The notes under the pieces were generated by a model. The model did not search any database, had not been told where the DNA came from, and saw only the letters and a program-made list of their open reading frames with translations. 64,000 nt of DNA from a bacterium (GTDB lineage Bacteria; Zhuqueibacterota; Zhuqueibacteria; Residuimicrobiales; Krinioviventaceae): NCBI GenBank assembly GCA_963674595.2, contig CAXXFV010000014.1, positions 32,001-96,000 of the forward strand. The letters run 5' to 3'. Of this stretch, positions 10,346 through 20,234 are shown in pieces (the stretch's first letter is position 1; each line of letters opens with the position of its first letter). The translations under genes and the position numbers were made by a program.

Positions 10346-13339
10346 ATGAAAATAAAACTAATTATATTGTCATTTATATTAATGCCGCTTTTGGGGTTTT
10401 CAGCCCAAAATTCAAACGAAGAACAGGACTTTTTTATTGCCAAAGGAATGTTCAGCGACCAATTGTATGATCTGGCGGCTACCCAATTCAGTGATTATTT
10501 AAAAAAACACCCGTCAAGTCCTCACGCTGAAGAAGCACATTTTCTATTATCCGAATGCTATTTCCAATCGCAAAACTATGCCAAGGCTGTTTCTTCCTAT
10601 AGAGAACTATTGGTTAATTATCCGGCCGTAGGTTTAAGAGACAAAAGCCAGTTTCGTATCGGAGAAACATTGATACACCTGGGAAAATACCGCGAGGCGG
10701 TGTCTGAATTTGAAACGTTTTTTAAATTATATGATGATAGTCCGTTAAATACAGACGCCCATTATTGGTATGCCGAAGCCCTCTATCACCTGGGTGAGAA
10801 TGATAAAGCGCTTGAGAATTATACACTGGTTTATAAAAACGCACCAAATAGTGCCCTGGCAGACTATGCCTATTATTCATCGGCCTATTTATATGAAAAA
10901 GCAAAAAAGTGGGACAAAGCCCTTTCAATATACAAAGAATTATTAAAAACCAAACCAAACAGTCCGCTTGTTGCACAGGCTTCCTACCGGATTGGTTTTA
11001 CAAGTTTTGGACAAGGAAATTATCAAAAGGCAACTCAATTATTATCAAAAGCAATTCAACAATATCCAAAAAGCGACCTGCGTGGTGAAGCACAATATTT
11101 TATCGGCGAATGTTTTTTTAAAGAAAATAATCTTGATAAAGCTATTCAAGCCTATCAAATTATTGCCAATATGGCCGGGCATGAATATGCTGATGACGCG
11201 CAATACAGCACCGGCTGGGTGTTATACAAACAGCAAAAATATCTTCAAGCCGCTGATGCTTTTAAAAAAGTACTGACACTCAGTTCGGACGAAAATCTAC
11301 TGGCATCATCATGTTTTCAAACCGGACGAAACCTGGTTCTCGCTAATAAAATTGACGAGGCAGCCCGCTATTTTAAAACAGTCATAGAAAAATATCCGGA
11401 TTCTCAGGACACACCAAATGCGTTATTTGAATATGCTTCTTTGCTGTTTCGTTTAAAAAATTATGCAGAATCCCGAACATATTTTATGACAATTGTAGAT
11501 AAATATAATAATGCGGCTGTTGCAGCCGAGGCATCCCTGATGGTGGGTGAATGTTTTTTGGCTGAAAATAATTTAAAAGACGCGGAACTGGCTTTTGAAT
11601 ACACAAAAGAAAATTTTAAAAAACCAAAAATAACAGCAAACAGTGTTTACAAGCTTGGCTGGCTGCAATTCAAAAAAGCAGACTATGGCGTTGCATTAAC
11701 AAATTTTAAAACTGTTATAAATACAACATCGGAACACAATGATGATGCTTTGTTTTGGTCTGCTGAAACATATTACAGAACAGAAAACTATAAAAAAGCG
11801 TATGATCTTTATCTGGAATATACCCAAAAATACCCGGATTCCACACGAATTACCGAAGCCTATTATGGTTTGGGTTATGCCGCGTTAAAAATAAATGATT
11901 TTACACAGTCTGCCCTTGCATTCGGTAAAACGGCTGAACGAACGTCTGATGCCGAAGTTAAGGCCGATGCTGTAATTCGTGAAGGTGATGCCTGGTTTAA
12001 TGCCAAAGAATATACCAAAGCGATTCAGGCATATTCCACGCTTACATCCATAACAAATGACGTTAACTTGCTGGCAGAATCTCACTTTCAGATGGGCCAA
12101 TGTTATTCCCGGACTGGTGAATTGTCAAAAGCACGGTCTTTTTATGAAAAAGTTCTGCTTGATTTTCGAACATCTCCGCTTGCCCCGGAAGCATTATTTC
12201 AAAGCGGACGCACAGCTTTTAAAATGAATGATTACCAGGCCGCTATTGTGGACTTTGACGAATTATTACAACGATTTCCTGAAAATGAATTTGTTGATGA
12301 TGCTATATATGCAACCGGCGACTGCTATTACAATCAGGGAAAATATAATGAGGCGGTTGCCCAATATCAAAAGCTCATAAACGAACATCCAAACAGTGAG
12401 CTTGTAGACGAGGCTGTCACCGGCATGCAATGGGCCATGATGCAGGCAGGAGATTCGGACCAGGCGTTAAATGTTGTCGATTCCTATGTTAGTAAACTGG
12501 ATGATAAAGATAAAGCTGCACAGCTTATTGTCCGCAAAGCAGAATTTGCAAAAAATCTTGAGCAGTATAACCAGGCCATTGAACAATATAATACGGTTCT
12601 TTTAAAATATGCCGGCACAAAAGCCGCTAAAAATGCTTGTTTCGAAATCGGAAATTGTTATACAAGTCTGGGTGATTCAACGGCCGCCATCGGATCCTAT
12701 AACAGGCAATATCAAAATTTCCCAAAAGCAGAACGGACACCGGATGCTTTATTAAAGGCAGGAGATATTTATTTAAATCGTAAAGAGTATGACAAAGCAT
12801 TAGAAACCTTGAAAAAACTCACTAACGAATACCCAACACATGAGCTTGCCGGTACTGCTTTTGTTAAAATCGGACAGATTTATCACATCCAAAAAAATCC
12901 GGAACAAGCCCAATCCAGTTTTCAAAAAGTTATTCATGATTATCCAAAGAGTTTGGATGTCTATTCGGCAAAAATTGGTCTTGCCCGTGTTTATATCGAA
13001 CTGAAACGTTTTCCAAACGCACAGGAAATGCTGGAAAATGTTCTGGATAATGCTCCGAAAGAAACAGCGGCCGAAGCACAATTTCTTATGGGCGAAATGT
13101 ATCAGGGTCAGGATTCCTTGCAGGACGCTGTTGTCGCATATTTAAAAACAAAATATCTTTATAGCGATCAAACAAAATGGGTTGTTAACAGCATTTTTAA
13201 AGCTGCTGAATGTAATGAAAAACAGGGCAGACTCGCCGACGCACGCAGACTGTACCAATCCATATTAAAAGAATACCCGGCAGAAACAACCTTTGTTAAT
13301 CTGTCAAAAAAACGACTTGAAGAACTGGTTGGACAATAA
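10346..13339 (+). CDS. Large periplasmic TPR-repeat protein (YbgF/BamD-like repeats)
   Basis: Signal peptide MKIKLIILSFILMPLLGFSA; about 25 TPR units with the 'YP.S....A.F..G..Y' pattern across the whole length. ORF is open from 10259. Confidence 0.9.
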   Translation: MKIKLIILSFILMPLLGFSAQNSNEEQDFFIAKGMFSDQLYDLAATQFSDYLKKHPSSPHAEEAHFLLSECYFQSQNYAKAVSSYRELLVNYPAVGLRDKSQFRIGETLIHLGKYREAVSEFETFFKLYDDSPLNTDAHYWYAEALYHLGENDKALENYTLVYKNAPNSALADYAYYSSAYLYEKAKKWDKALSIYKELLKTKPNSPLVAQASYRIGFTSFGQGNYQKATQLLSKAIQQYPKSDLRGEAQYFIGECFFKENNLDKAIQAYQIIANMAGHEYADDAQYSTGWVLYKQQKYLQAADAFKKVLTLSSDENLLASSCFQTGRNLVLANKIDEAARYFKTVIEKYPDSQDTPNALFEYASLLFRLKNYAESRTYFMTIVDKYNNAAVAAEASLMVGECFLAENNLKDAELAFEYTKENFKKPKITANSVYKLGWLQFKKADYGVALTNFKTVINTTSEHNDDALFWSAETYYRTENYKKAYDLYLEYTQKYPDSTRITEAYYGLGYAALKINDFTQSALAFGKTAERTSDAEVKADAVIREGDAWFNAKEYTKAIQAYSTLTSITNDVNLLAESHFQMGQCYSRTGELSKARSFYEKVLLDFRTSPLAPEALFQSGRTAFKMNDYQAAIVDFDELLQRFPENEFVDDAIYATGDCYYNQGKYNEAVAQYQKLINEHPNSELVDEAVTGMQWAMMQAGDSDQALNVVDSYVSKLDDKDKAAQLIVRKAEFAKNLEQYNQAIEQYNTVLLKYAGTKAAKNACFEIGNCYTSLGDSTAAIGSYNRQYQNFPKAERTPDALLKAGDIYLNRKEYDKALETLKKLTNEYPTHELAGTAFVKIGQIYHIQKNPEQAQSSFQKVIHDYPKSLDVYSAKIGLARVYIELKRFPNAQEMLENVLDNAPKETAAEAQFLMGEMYQGQDSLQDAVVAYLKTKYLYSDQTKWVVNSIFKAAECNEKQGRLADARRLYQSILKEYPAETTFVNLSKKRLEELVGQ

Positions 13340-13352
13340 AAATTAGGTAAAA

Positions 13353-15074
13353 ATGGATATACAGATAAAAATGAAAAATACAATCATTTCCAGCATAATT
13401 TTATTTATGGCCGTATCAAACGTACCGGCCCAACAAAAAGCAACACCGCCGCCGACAAAAATTATTCTGCCATCGGATACGACAAAAGTTGCACCTGTGA
13501 AAAAAAAGCAAGCCAAGCAAGACCCTCAGCTTGAACTTCCTGATGTATTGATTCTTGGTAAAGACAAAACAGCCCGGGTTATCGACAGCAAGGGTGATCT
13601 GAAACCGGATTCACCAACGCTTATAACACCAGGATCACCTTACGAACCCCTGTCACAATGGTTTGACCAGGAAGCTGAAAAACCGGAATTAACACCCAAA
13701 TCTGCTCAAGTATTCAGAACAAGCTGGCTGTCACTTCAGGGTGGAGGTTATTCCACTGTTCTGGCTGATGCCGGTCACTGGCAAAACCTGAAAACCGGTG
13801 ATATTCGTTTCCGGGGCTGGTTTGACCGAAGCAGCGGACAACACACCAATTCTCAATACAGTAAAGGTGGAATGAATTTTAAAGCAAACCAAACCCTAAG
13901 TCCGGATTTGACCGGACGTATTTTTGCCGGTGTTGATTTGTTTTCATACGGATTATATCAAAATTTGAATTTTAAAAAAGCAGAGCGTAACGGTCACTTT
14001 TGGAACGTTGGCGGAGAATTGGAATATGGTGCTGATAAATTATCGAACGGTTTACTAAGTTTTCAACTTGGAAGCACCACCCTTGAAACAGACACCCTGC
14101 AAAACACCATAAAAAGTAATGACTTTTGGTACACGTTTACCGGCAACTATTCATTCTATACATCAGCAATCAAGTGGGACCTTGGCGGGAAATATCTCAG
14201 AGAATCATTCGACATGGAAACAGATTCAACAGAAACCAAAAACGCGTCCGGCGAAATTTCTGTTGAAACACTTTTTCCTTTTTCCCGGTCAATAACAGGT
14301 ATTGTCGGCGTCACCTATCAAAATGTGGACTCGGATTCTATTAATAAAAAATCACGCATTTCACCCAATGCACGGCTGAATTTTGTTTTGGGAAAGAACA
14401 TCGGATTAACGACCTCTTTATTTACCGGATATAAAGTTGAAACATTTTCCCAATATTTACAAAAAAATCCATTTATGGAACACCACATTCCATTTGTTCC
14501 GGATGAGACAAAATTGGGATTAAAATTTGAAACGACGTTTCAAATCAGCCCGGAATTAAAAGTGATCGGCAGTTTATCCAGATCATGGATGGAACAAATA
14601 AATTATTGGCAATACAATTCTCAAACAGGTTTACTGGCATTGAATCAGATCAATGATGTTGTTTTAACAGAGATATTGGTGGGCGGTGTATATAATCTTT
14701 CAAACAAAACAAGACTTGAAGCAAGCTTGATAAATTATACAGACAAACTTACAAATTCCGATTTTATGCCGAATTTTGAACGGCTTCCCTACTATCCGCA
14801 ATATCGCATCCCTGTCAGGGCCTCTATAGAACTTTTACCCGATTTTAATATTTCAGTAGAAGCGGACATAAACGGTGAACGCAAAAGCCGAATTAATTCA
14901 CAGGATACATTACCGGCTTATGCTTTACTGAATATTTCTGTAAGCAAAACATTTGAAAAACGTTTTACGGCCCTTTTTACAGCCCGAAATTTATTTGATG
15001 CTGATTATGTTTTATGGGAAAATTATCCGGAAACAGGAGTTCATGTTTTAGCAGGATTACGAGTAAAATTTTAG
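13353..15074 (+). CDS. Outer-membrane beta-barrel, TonB-dependent-receptor-like but short
   Basis: Signal peptide; TonB-box-like LELPDVLILG; amphipathic strands; TBDT-type C-terminus 'LPAYALLNISVS...ARNLFDADY...GLRVKF' with terminal Phe. Start may be 13371. Confidence 0.75.
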   Translation: MDIQIKMKNTIISSIILFMAVSNVPAQQKATPPPTKIILPSDTTKVAPVKKKQAKQDPQLELPDVLILGKDKTARVIDSKGDLKPDSPTLITPGSPYEPLSQWFDQEAEKPELTPKSAQVFRTSWLSLQGGGYSTVLADAGHWQNLKTGDIRFRGWFDRSSGQHTNSQYSKGGMNFKANQTLSPDLTGRIFAGVDLFSYGLYQNLNFKKAERNGHFWNVGGELEYGADKLSNGLLSFQLGSTTLETDTLQNTIKSNDFWYTFTGNYSFYTSAIKWDLGGKYLRESFDMETDSTETKNASGEISVETLFPFSRSITGIVGVTYQNVDSDSINKKSRISPNARLNFVLGKNIGLTTSLFTGYKVETFSQYLQKNPFMEHHIPFVPDETKLGLKFETTFQISPELKVIGSLSRSWMEQINYWQYNSQTGLLALNQINDVVLTEILVGGVYNLSNKTRLEASLINYTDKLTNSDFMPNFERLPYYPQYRIPVRASIELLPDFNISVEADINGERKSRINSQDTLPAYALLNISVSKTFEKRFTALFTARNLFDADYVLWENYPETGVHVLAGLRVKF

Positions 15075-15109
15075 CATAAAAATAATTTAAATTATTCAGG
15101 AGAAAATAC

Positions 15110-15739
15110 ATGTCGCTACCTCAGATTATTGTCAAAGGCGGAATTATGATGATTCCGATTGCTTTATGCTCTATTATCGCTTTGGCTATTCTCATTGAAA
15201 GACTTATTTCATTACGAAAAATTCAAATCAACGCCAGGACATTCGTGCTTCAGGTAAAAAATCTGCTACTGCGTGGAAAAATACAGGAAGCTATTTTATT
15301 ATGTAAAGAAACACCCGGACCCATTGCCGGAATTACAAAGGCAGGTTTATTAAAACACAACCGTTCACGTGAAGAGATTAAAGACGCTATTGAAGGCGCT
15401 GCAAAATCTGAAGTATTTTATCTGGAAAGATACCTCGGTATATTGGGAACAATTGCGGCGATTACCCCGCTGGTCGGATTTTTAGGAACGGTTACAGGAA
15501 TGATAAAGGCTTTTATGCAGGTACAGTCCCTGGGCGGCAATGTTGATGCATCCGTACTTGCCGGAGGTATATGGGAAGCGCTCATCACAACCGCCGCAGG
15601 TTTGAGCGTCGGTATTCCGGCGTTGATTATTTATAACTGGTTGCAGGCAAAGGTCGAACATCATGTTTTCCAAATGCAGGAAAGTTCAAACGATTTAATG
15701 GATATGTTGCTGGAGAAGGAGAGCAGTAATGAAAATTGA
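15110..15739 (+). CDS. exbB: MotA/TolQ/ExbB proton channel protein
   Basis: LGTIAAITPLVGFLGTVTGMI and GIWEALITTAAGL; three TM segments. Confidence 0.93.
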   Translation: MSLPQIIVKGGIMMIPIALCSIIALAILIERLISLRKIQINARTFVLQVKNLLLRGKIQEAILLCKETPGPIAGITKAGLLKHNRSREEIKDAIEGAAKSEVFYLERYLGILGTIAAITPLVGFLGTVTGMIKAFMQVQSLGGNVDASVLAGGIWEALITTAAGLSVGIPALIIYNWLQAKVEHHVFQMQESSNDLMDMLLEKESSNEN

Positions 15740-16130
15740 AACAACCCGTAAACGTATGGTTGCTTTTTCTGCAATATCGCTGACCGATATTGTGCTGCTT
15801 CTTTTGATATTTTTTCTTTTGACATCATCGTTTGTTGTACAACCCGGCATAAAAATTAAGTTACCCAAAGCCGCTTCAGGGCAACAGGATGATTCGGACA
15901 AAATATTTCTGACGGTAAATCAGCATGAACAGATATTTTTAAACCAAAAACGAATCAGCCGGTCAGAGTTGAGCAGTGCTTTACGGCAATTGCTAAAGGA
16001 AAAACCGGATCGCCTGGTTGTGATACGTGCCGATAAAGATTTATCATTAGAATCGACCATACGAATAATCGATACAGCCAAATTGGCAGGTGCAGAACGT
16101 TTCATGATAGCTACCGAGTCCGAAATATAG
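15729..16130 (+). CDS. exbD: ExbD/TolR biopolymer transport protein
   Basis: SLTDIVLLLLIFF with the conserved TM Asp, LPKA and VVIRAD. Confidence 0.93.
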   Translation: MKIETTRKRMVAFSAISLTDIVLLLLIFFLLTSSFVVQPGIKIKLPKAASGQQDDSDKIFLTVNQHEQIFLNQKRISRSELSSALRQLLKEKPDRLVVIRADKDLSLESTIRIIDTAKLAGAERFMIATESEI

Positions 16131-16139
16131 GAGAGTATC

Positions 16140-16946
16140 ATGGAAAAATTTTATGACATGTTTTCTGATATTCGGAAAACAATCCTGCTGTCAACAATCA
16201 TTCATATTCTGATATTACTGTTTTTCCTGCTCTTTCATGTTGGAATAAATTTTGAAACGTCGGAATTTTCTGAAATCAGTTTTGTCGCCTCAACATCAAC
16301 CCAGGTAACAGCTTCAAAACCGGAGATAGAAAAAACAAGCGCAGTTCAGCAAGAACCTGTTGCCGCCACACCGGCGCCTGAAAAGCCCGTACATGAATCC
16401 AAAGCAGAACCGGTAAACCTGCCGAAACGCAGGATGCTGGAAGATGATAAACCGGAAATAATCAACAGAACAACCGGTAAACTGACACCACAGGTACAAA
16501 ACGAACGAATACATACTCCGTCACAGGAATATGGTACGGATCGGGTCGTACAGCATCCGGGAGCATCTACCAGCGGAGAAAAATTATCAACAGGACCGTC
16601 AGACACACCACTACCGGGAACATCTTCCGGACCGGTTAGCGACATTGGCACTATTAACCAGGGCCAGCCCTTTACCATTGAAGGTGACGCAGCAAAACGT
16701 TCAATTCTCAAGCAGGTCATTCCCAAATATCCTGTGGGACTGCAAAAAGAAGCTGTCGTTAAAATTCGATTTACCGTATTGCCTGACGGTCGTGTAGGAC
16801 AAATGATTCCGGTACAAAAAGGCGACAGTGTATTGGATGAAATCACCATGAAATCTTTACAACAATGGCGGTTTAATCCCCTGTCCCCTTCTGCCGAACA
16901 AAAGAATGTGCAGGGAATTATTACATTTCGTTATGAGCTGGAATGA
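16140..16946 (+). CDS. tonB: TonB-family energy transducer
   Basis: N-terminal TM with STIIH (SxxxH), Pro/Thr/Ser-rich linker, C-terminal 'PKYP...VKIRFTVLPDGRV...QWRFNP'. Confidence 0.88.
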   Translation: MEKFYDMFSDIRKTILLSTIIHILILLFFLLFHVGINFETSEFSEISFVASTSTQVTASKPEIEKTSAVQQEPVAATPAPEKPVHESKAEPVNLPKRRMLEDDKPEIINRTTGKLTPQVQNERIHTPSQEYGTDRVVQHPGASTSGEKLSTGPSDTPLPGTSSGPVSDIGTINQGQPFTIEGDAAKRSILKQVIPKYPVGLQKEAVVKIRFTVLPDGRVGQMIPVQKGDSVLDEITMKSLQQWRFNPLSPSAEQKNVQGIITFRYELE

Positions 16947-16957
16947 TAGATATATTA

Positions 16958-18238
16958 TTAACGGGGGATTTCTTTTTTGTTTTTCAATGAAAATTTGATA
17001 ACCTGGGGTTTATGATCGGAAGCATCACTGTTTATGATTTGTGCATCGAGCACTTTAAAATCTTCCGAACTAAACACATGATCTATTCTTAAAAAGTCTA
17101 TAACAAAAGGCTTTAAATAACGGTGGACGCTGTTTCTAATATTTTGCTCTCCAAATGTCGTCCCAAGTCCCCAACCGGCCTTCGCATAGGCATTTTGCAT
17201 AAATGATGAAAAAAAATGGTAAACCTCACTGTTCGGAGTATCATTAAAATCACCACACAAAATAACCGGTTCCTTTAAATCATATATATATGCCCGGATT
17301 CTGGCCGCTTCTGCCAGGTGACGTAAATAACTGCGATGTATTTTAGACTTTAAATTTTTATCAGCCACCCCTTTGCGTACAAACTGAATCACATTATAGG
17401 CCCCATGAAAAAGATGGCAGTTTAAAACATGTACTTTTTTACCGTTTAATTCCAGCACAACATGATTAACGTTTGTATGCCCGCGCATATAATCTGTCTT
17501 AATATCAAAATTGTTCTTTTCCACGAATGGAAACCGTGATAAAATCACACCTCCCAGGTAATTTTCATATCGTTCCGACCATAATTGATAGGGATAAATG
17601 TCCGAAAGTTTTTCCCTTAACAGCTTTCGGTCACCGGTGTTTACCTCCTGAATACATACAATATCCGTCAATTGTTGACGCACCAGTTCAACGGCCTTTA
17701 AACGTTCTTCCGTTGACTGATCCACGCGTATATTATAACTCATAACCGTTAAACAATAATCGGTATTTTTGTGAAATTTTGGAAATATCTGAGCTCCATA
17801 ATTTATCGTAAAAAACAATAATGCTCCGGTAAATAACAGCACATGCAGCCGTGCCTTGTGCAGTTGAATAATATGAAAAATTAAAAACGCCAAATATGGA
17901 ATAACCAGATAAAACAGATATTTGAAATAAAAAACTAGATTCATACAACCAAAAACACAAATCAAAGCAGCAAAAAGAAACAGTCCGATTTTCAAAATTA
18001 AATATTTCGTAATGCGGCGTGCTAATCCAGCCAAATAAAAAGGCAGGAAAATACCAATTGGCAGCCAAATTATATCCTGAAATAAATTCGCAAAAATTTC
18101 AACAATCGGTTCTGCCGGAAAAAATATTTGACGAATATCGATATCCCACACCAATACTGCAAACACCAGCCATAACGACCAGCCTACAGAAGCGATGATA
18201 CGAAATATTTTTAAAAATTTTCTATAATAATCCTTCAA
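16958..18238 (-). CDS. Membrane-anchored endonuclease/exonuclease/phosphatase (EEP) family protein
   Basis: N-terminal TM helices; MSYNI, CIQE, NCHL, CGDFND, RIDHVF and SDHKP. Confidence 0.88.
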   Translation of the reverse strand: MKDYYRKFLKIFRIIASVGWSLWLVFAVLVWDIDIRQIFFPAEPIVEIFANLFQDIIWLPIGIFLPFYLAGLARRITKYLILKIGLFLFAALICVFGCMNLVFYFKYLFYLVIPYLAFLIFHIIQLHKARLHVLLFTGALLFFTINYGAQIFPKFHKNTDYCLTVMSYNIRVDQSTEERLKAVELVRQQLTDIVCIQEVNTGDRKLLREKLSDIYPYQLWSERYENYLGGVILSRFPFVEKNNFDIKTDYMRGHTNVNHVVLELNGKKVHVLNCHLFHGAYNVIQFVRKGVADKNLKSKIHRSYLRHLAEAARIRAYIYDLKEPVILCGDFNDTPNSEVYHFFSSFMQNAYAKAGWGLGTTFGEQNIRNSVHRYLKPFVIDFLRIDHVFSSEDFKVLDAQIINSDASDHKPQVIKFSLKNKKEIPR

Positions 18239-18271
18239 TCCGATTCACCAAAATAATTTATCCACATTAAT

Positions 18272-19414
18272 CTAGAGTGTAACAAGCCGTAAAAGTTGTG
18301 AGGCTGTTTGTTCAACCAGACTAAAACTGTTTTTCATTGCCCTGTCCAAATCCATTGGACCGGGACATATTGATAAACAAGCATGCAACCCAATTTTATT
18401 CATTTCATTCAAAGAAATATCCACAGAACCGGCCAAGGCAACAACAGGCACACCCTGTTTTCCGGCCCGTTCACACACACCTGCGATTGTTTTTCCAAAA
18501 ACGGTTTGCGAATCGATCTTTCCTTCTCCGGTGACAATTAAATCACAATCCTTAATTCGCTTATCAAAATGACAGGTATCCAAAACAATTTGAACGCCGG
18601 GTAAAAGTTGTGCGTTAAAAAAGGCCAATAACCCGCCTCCCAGTCCACCGGCAGCACCGGCACCGGGTATATCCTTGACCGGTCGTGTGTTTTGTGCCAG
18701 CTTGTCATGTATATGCTGCATATTTTTTTCCAACGTATCACAAATTTCCGGTGAGGCGCCTTTTTGAGGAGAATAGGTATAAACCGCACCTTTGGGCCCC
18801 AATAACGGATTATCAACATCGCAGGCAACCAGTATTTCACAACCTCGAAGTAATGGATGCACATCATCAAGGGAAACCGAATCAATCCGTCCCATTAATT
18901 CACCATTCATAAAATCTGTAATTTGTTTACCTGACTCGGTAAAAAACCGAACACCCAATGCTTGTGCCAAACCCGTCCCAAAATCGGTAGTAGCAGATCC
19001 GCCGATACCTAAAATTATTTTATTACATCCGCGCTCCAAAGCATCAACTATCAACTGGCCCGTACCATAGGTTGTCGTTTTCAAGGGGTTCCGTTGGCTC
19101 GTTGCAACCAATGCCAATCCGGACGCCTCAGCCATTTCAATAACGGCCGTTTTCCCGGTATCAATAAGGCCATATTCGGCGGTAACGGTTTTTCCCAACG
19201 GTCCGTAAACATCAATAGAAACCAGCTCACCGTTATCCGCAGCCACCATCGCTTTTACTGTCCCTTCTCCTCCATCGGCCAAAGGCAACTTTTCAAAAAT
19301 CAGGTTGTCATTTACCTTTTGCATTCCTTTTTCGATTGCATCACAAACCTGAATGGCGGACAAGCTTTCTTTAAAAGAATCCGGTGCAATTAAAATTTTA
19401 TTCACATTTATCAT
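18272..19414 (-). CDS. glxK: Glycerate kinase (GlxK/GarK class I)
   Basis: IAPDSFKESL, PLADGGEGT, GIGGSATTD, GAGAAGGLG and TGEGKID. Confidence 0.93.
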   Translation of the reverse strand: MINVNKILIAPDSFKESLSAIQVCDAIEKGMQKVNDNLIFEKLPLADGGEGTVKAMVAADNGELVSIDVYGPLGKTVTAEYGLIDTGKTAVIEMAEASGLALVATSQRNPLKTTTYGTGQLIVDALERGCNKIILGIGGSATTDFGTGLAQALGVRFFTESGKQITDFMNGELMGRIDSVSLDDVHPLLRGCEILVACDVDNPLLGPKGAVYTYSPQKGASPEICDTLEKNMQHIHDKLAQNTRPVKDIPGAGAAGGLGGGLLAFFNAQLLPGVQIVLDTCHFDKRIKDCDLIVTGEGKIDSQTVFGKTIAGVCERAGKQGVPVVALAGSVDISLNEMNKIGLHACLSICPGPMDLDRAMKNSFSLVEQTASQLLRLVTL

Positions 19415-19667
19415 AAAACCTCAAAAATACGCATAAATCTACAAATTTTTAAAACAATTTAAAAGAAGATAAGTTTATGTTTAATAAATTATTTTTCAAA
19501 TATAATATTACAAACCGACTTTAGGTTTTAAGTAGTTACAAATTTTTATTTGCATGAATTTAAAAAAATATGTATTTTGAGTGCTTTTTTTTATAAATTA
19601 AAAACGACACATAAATTCAATGTGTACGTACTTTCCTTATTCATCATTAATATCTGGAGATAATGTA

Positions 19668-20225
19668 TTGAACAAGTTAGTACCAAAAAGAATGTTCTTT
19701 ACAAAGGGGGTTGGGTATCATCGAAACAAGCTGCAAAGTTTTGAGCTTGCTTTACGAAGTGCCGGAGTAGAAAAATGCAATCTGGTAACCGTGTCAAGTA
19801 TTTTTCCACCGGACTGCAAAATTATTTCCAAAGAACAAGGTTTTGAAGAGCTCAATGCCGGACAAATAACCTTTGTTGTTATGGCAAGAGAGTGTACAAA
19901 TGAACCAAATCGTTTAGCTGTAGCTTCCATCGGTTTGGCCCAACCTAAAAATTCAAAACAGTATGGTTATATCAGTGAACATCATGGTTTTGGTGAAACA
20001 ATGAAAAAAGCCGGTGACTTTGCTGAAGACCTTGCTGCCACCATGCTGGCTTCAACAATGGGTATTGAACTTGATGCTGATGTTGCCTGGGATGAACGTA
20101 AAAAGTTATACCAGGTTGACGCGAAAAACCAGTTCGTCAGCAGAAGTATTACCCAATCAGCAGAAGGACATAAAGACGGTCTTTGGACCACAGTTATTGC
20201 TCTGGCTGTCATGTTATTGGATTAG
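19668..20225 (+). CDS. pdaD: Pyruvoyl-dependent arginine decarboxylase
   Basis: [21 protein letters not shown] (Ser-Ser self-cleavage site), GYISEHH and [14 protein letters not shown] start at 19668 after GGAGA; ORF open from 19620. Confidence 0.9.
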   Translation: MNKLVPKRMFFTKGVGYHRNKLQSFELALRSAGVEKCNLVTVSSIFPPDCKIISKEQGFEELNAGQITFVVMARECTNEPNRLAVASIGLAQPKNSKQYGYISEHHGFGETMKKAGDFAEDLAATMLASTMGIELDADVAWDERKKLYQVDAKNQFVSRSITQSAEGHKDGLWTTVIALAVMLLD

Positions 20226-20234
20226 TTAAGAAAG

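Noticed and set aside
10346-16946. Canonical Tol-Pal operon
   Set aside because: No tolB or pal, the transducer has a TonB-type C-terminus, and the TPR protein is far larger than CpoB/YbgF.
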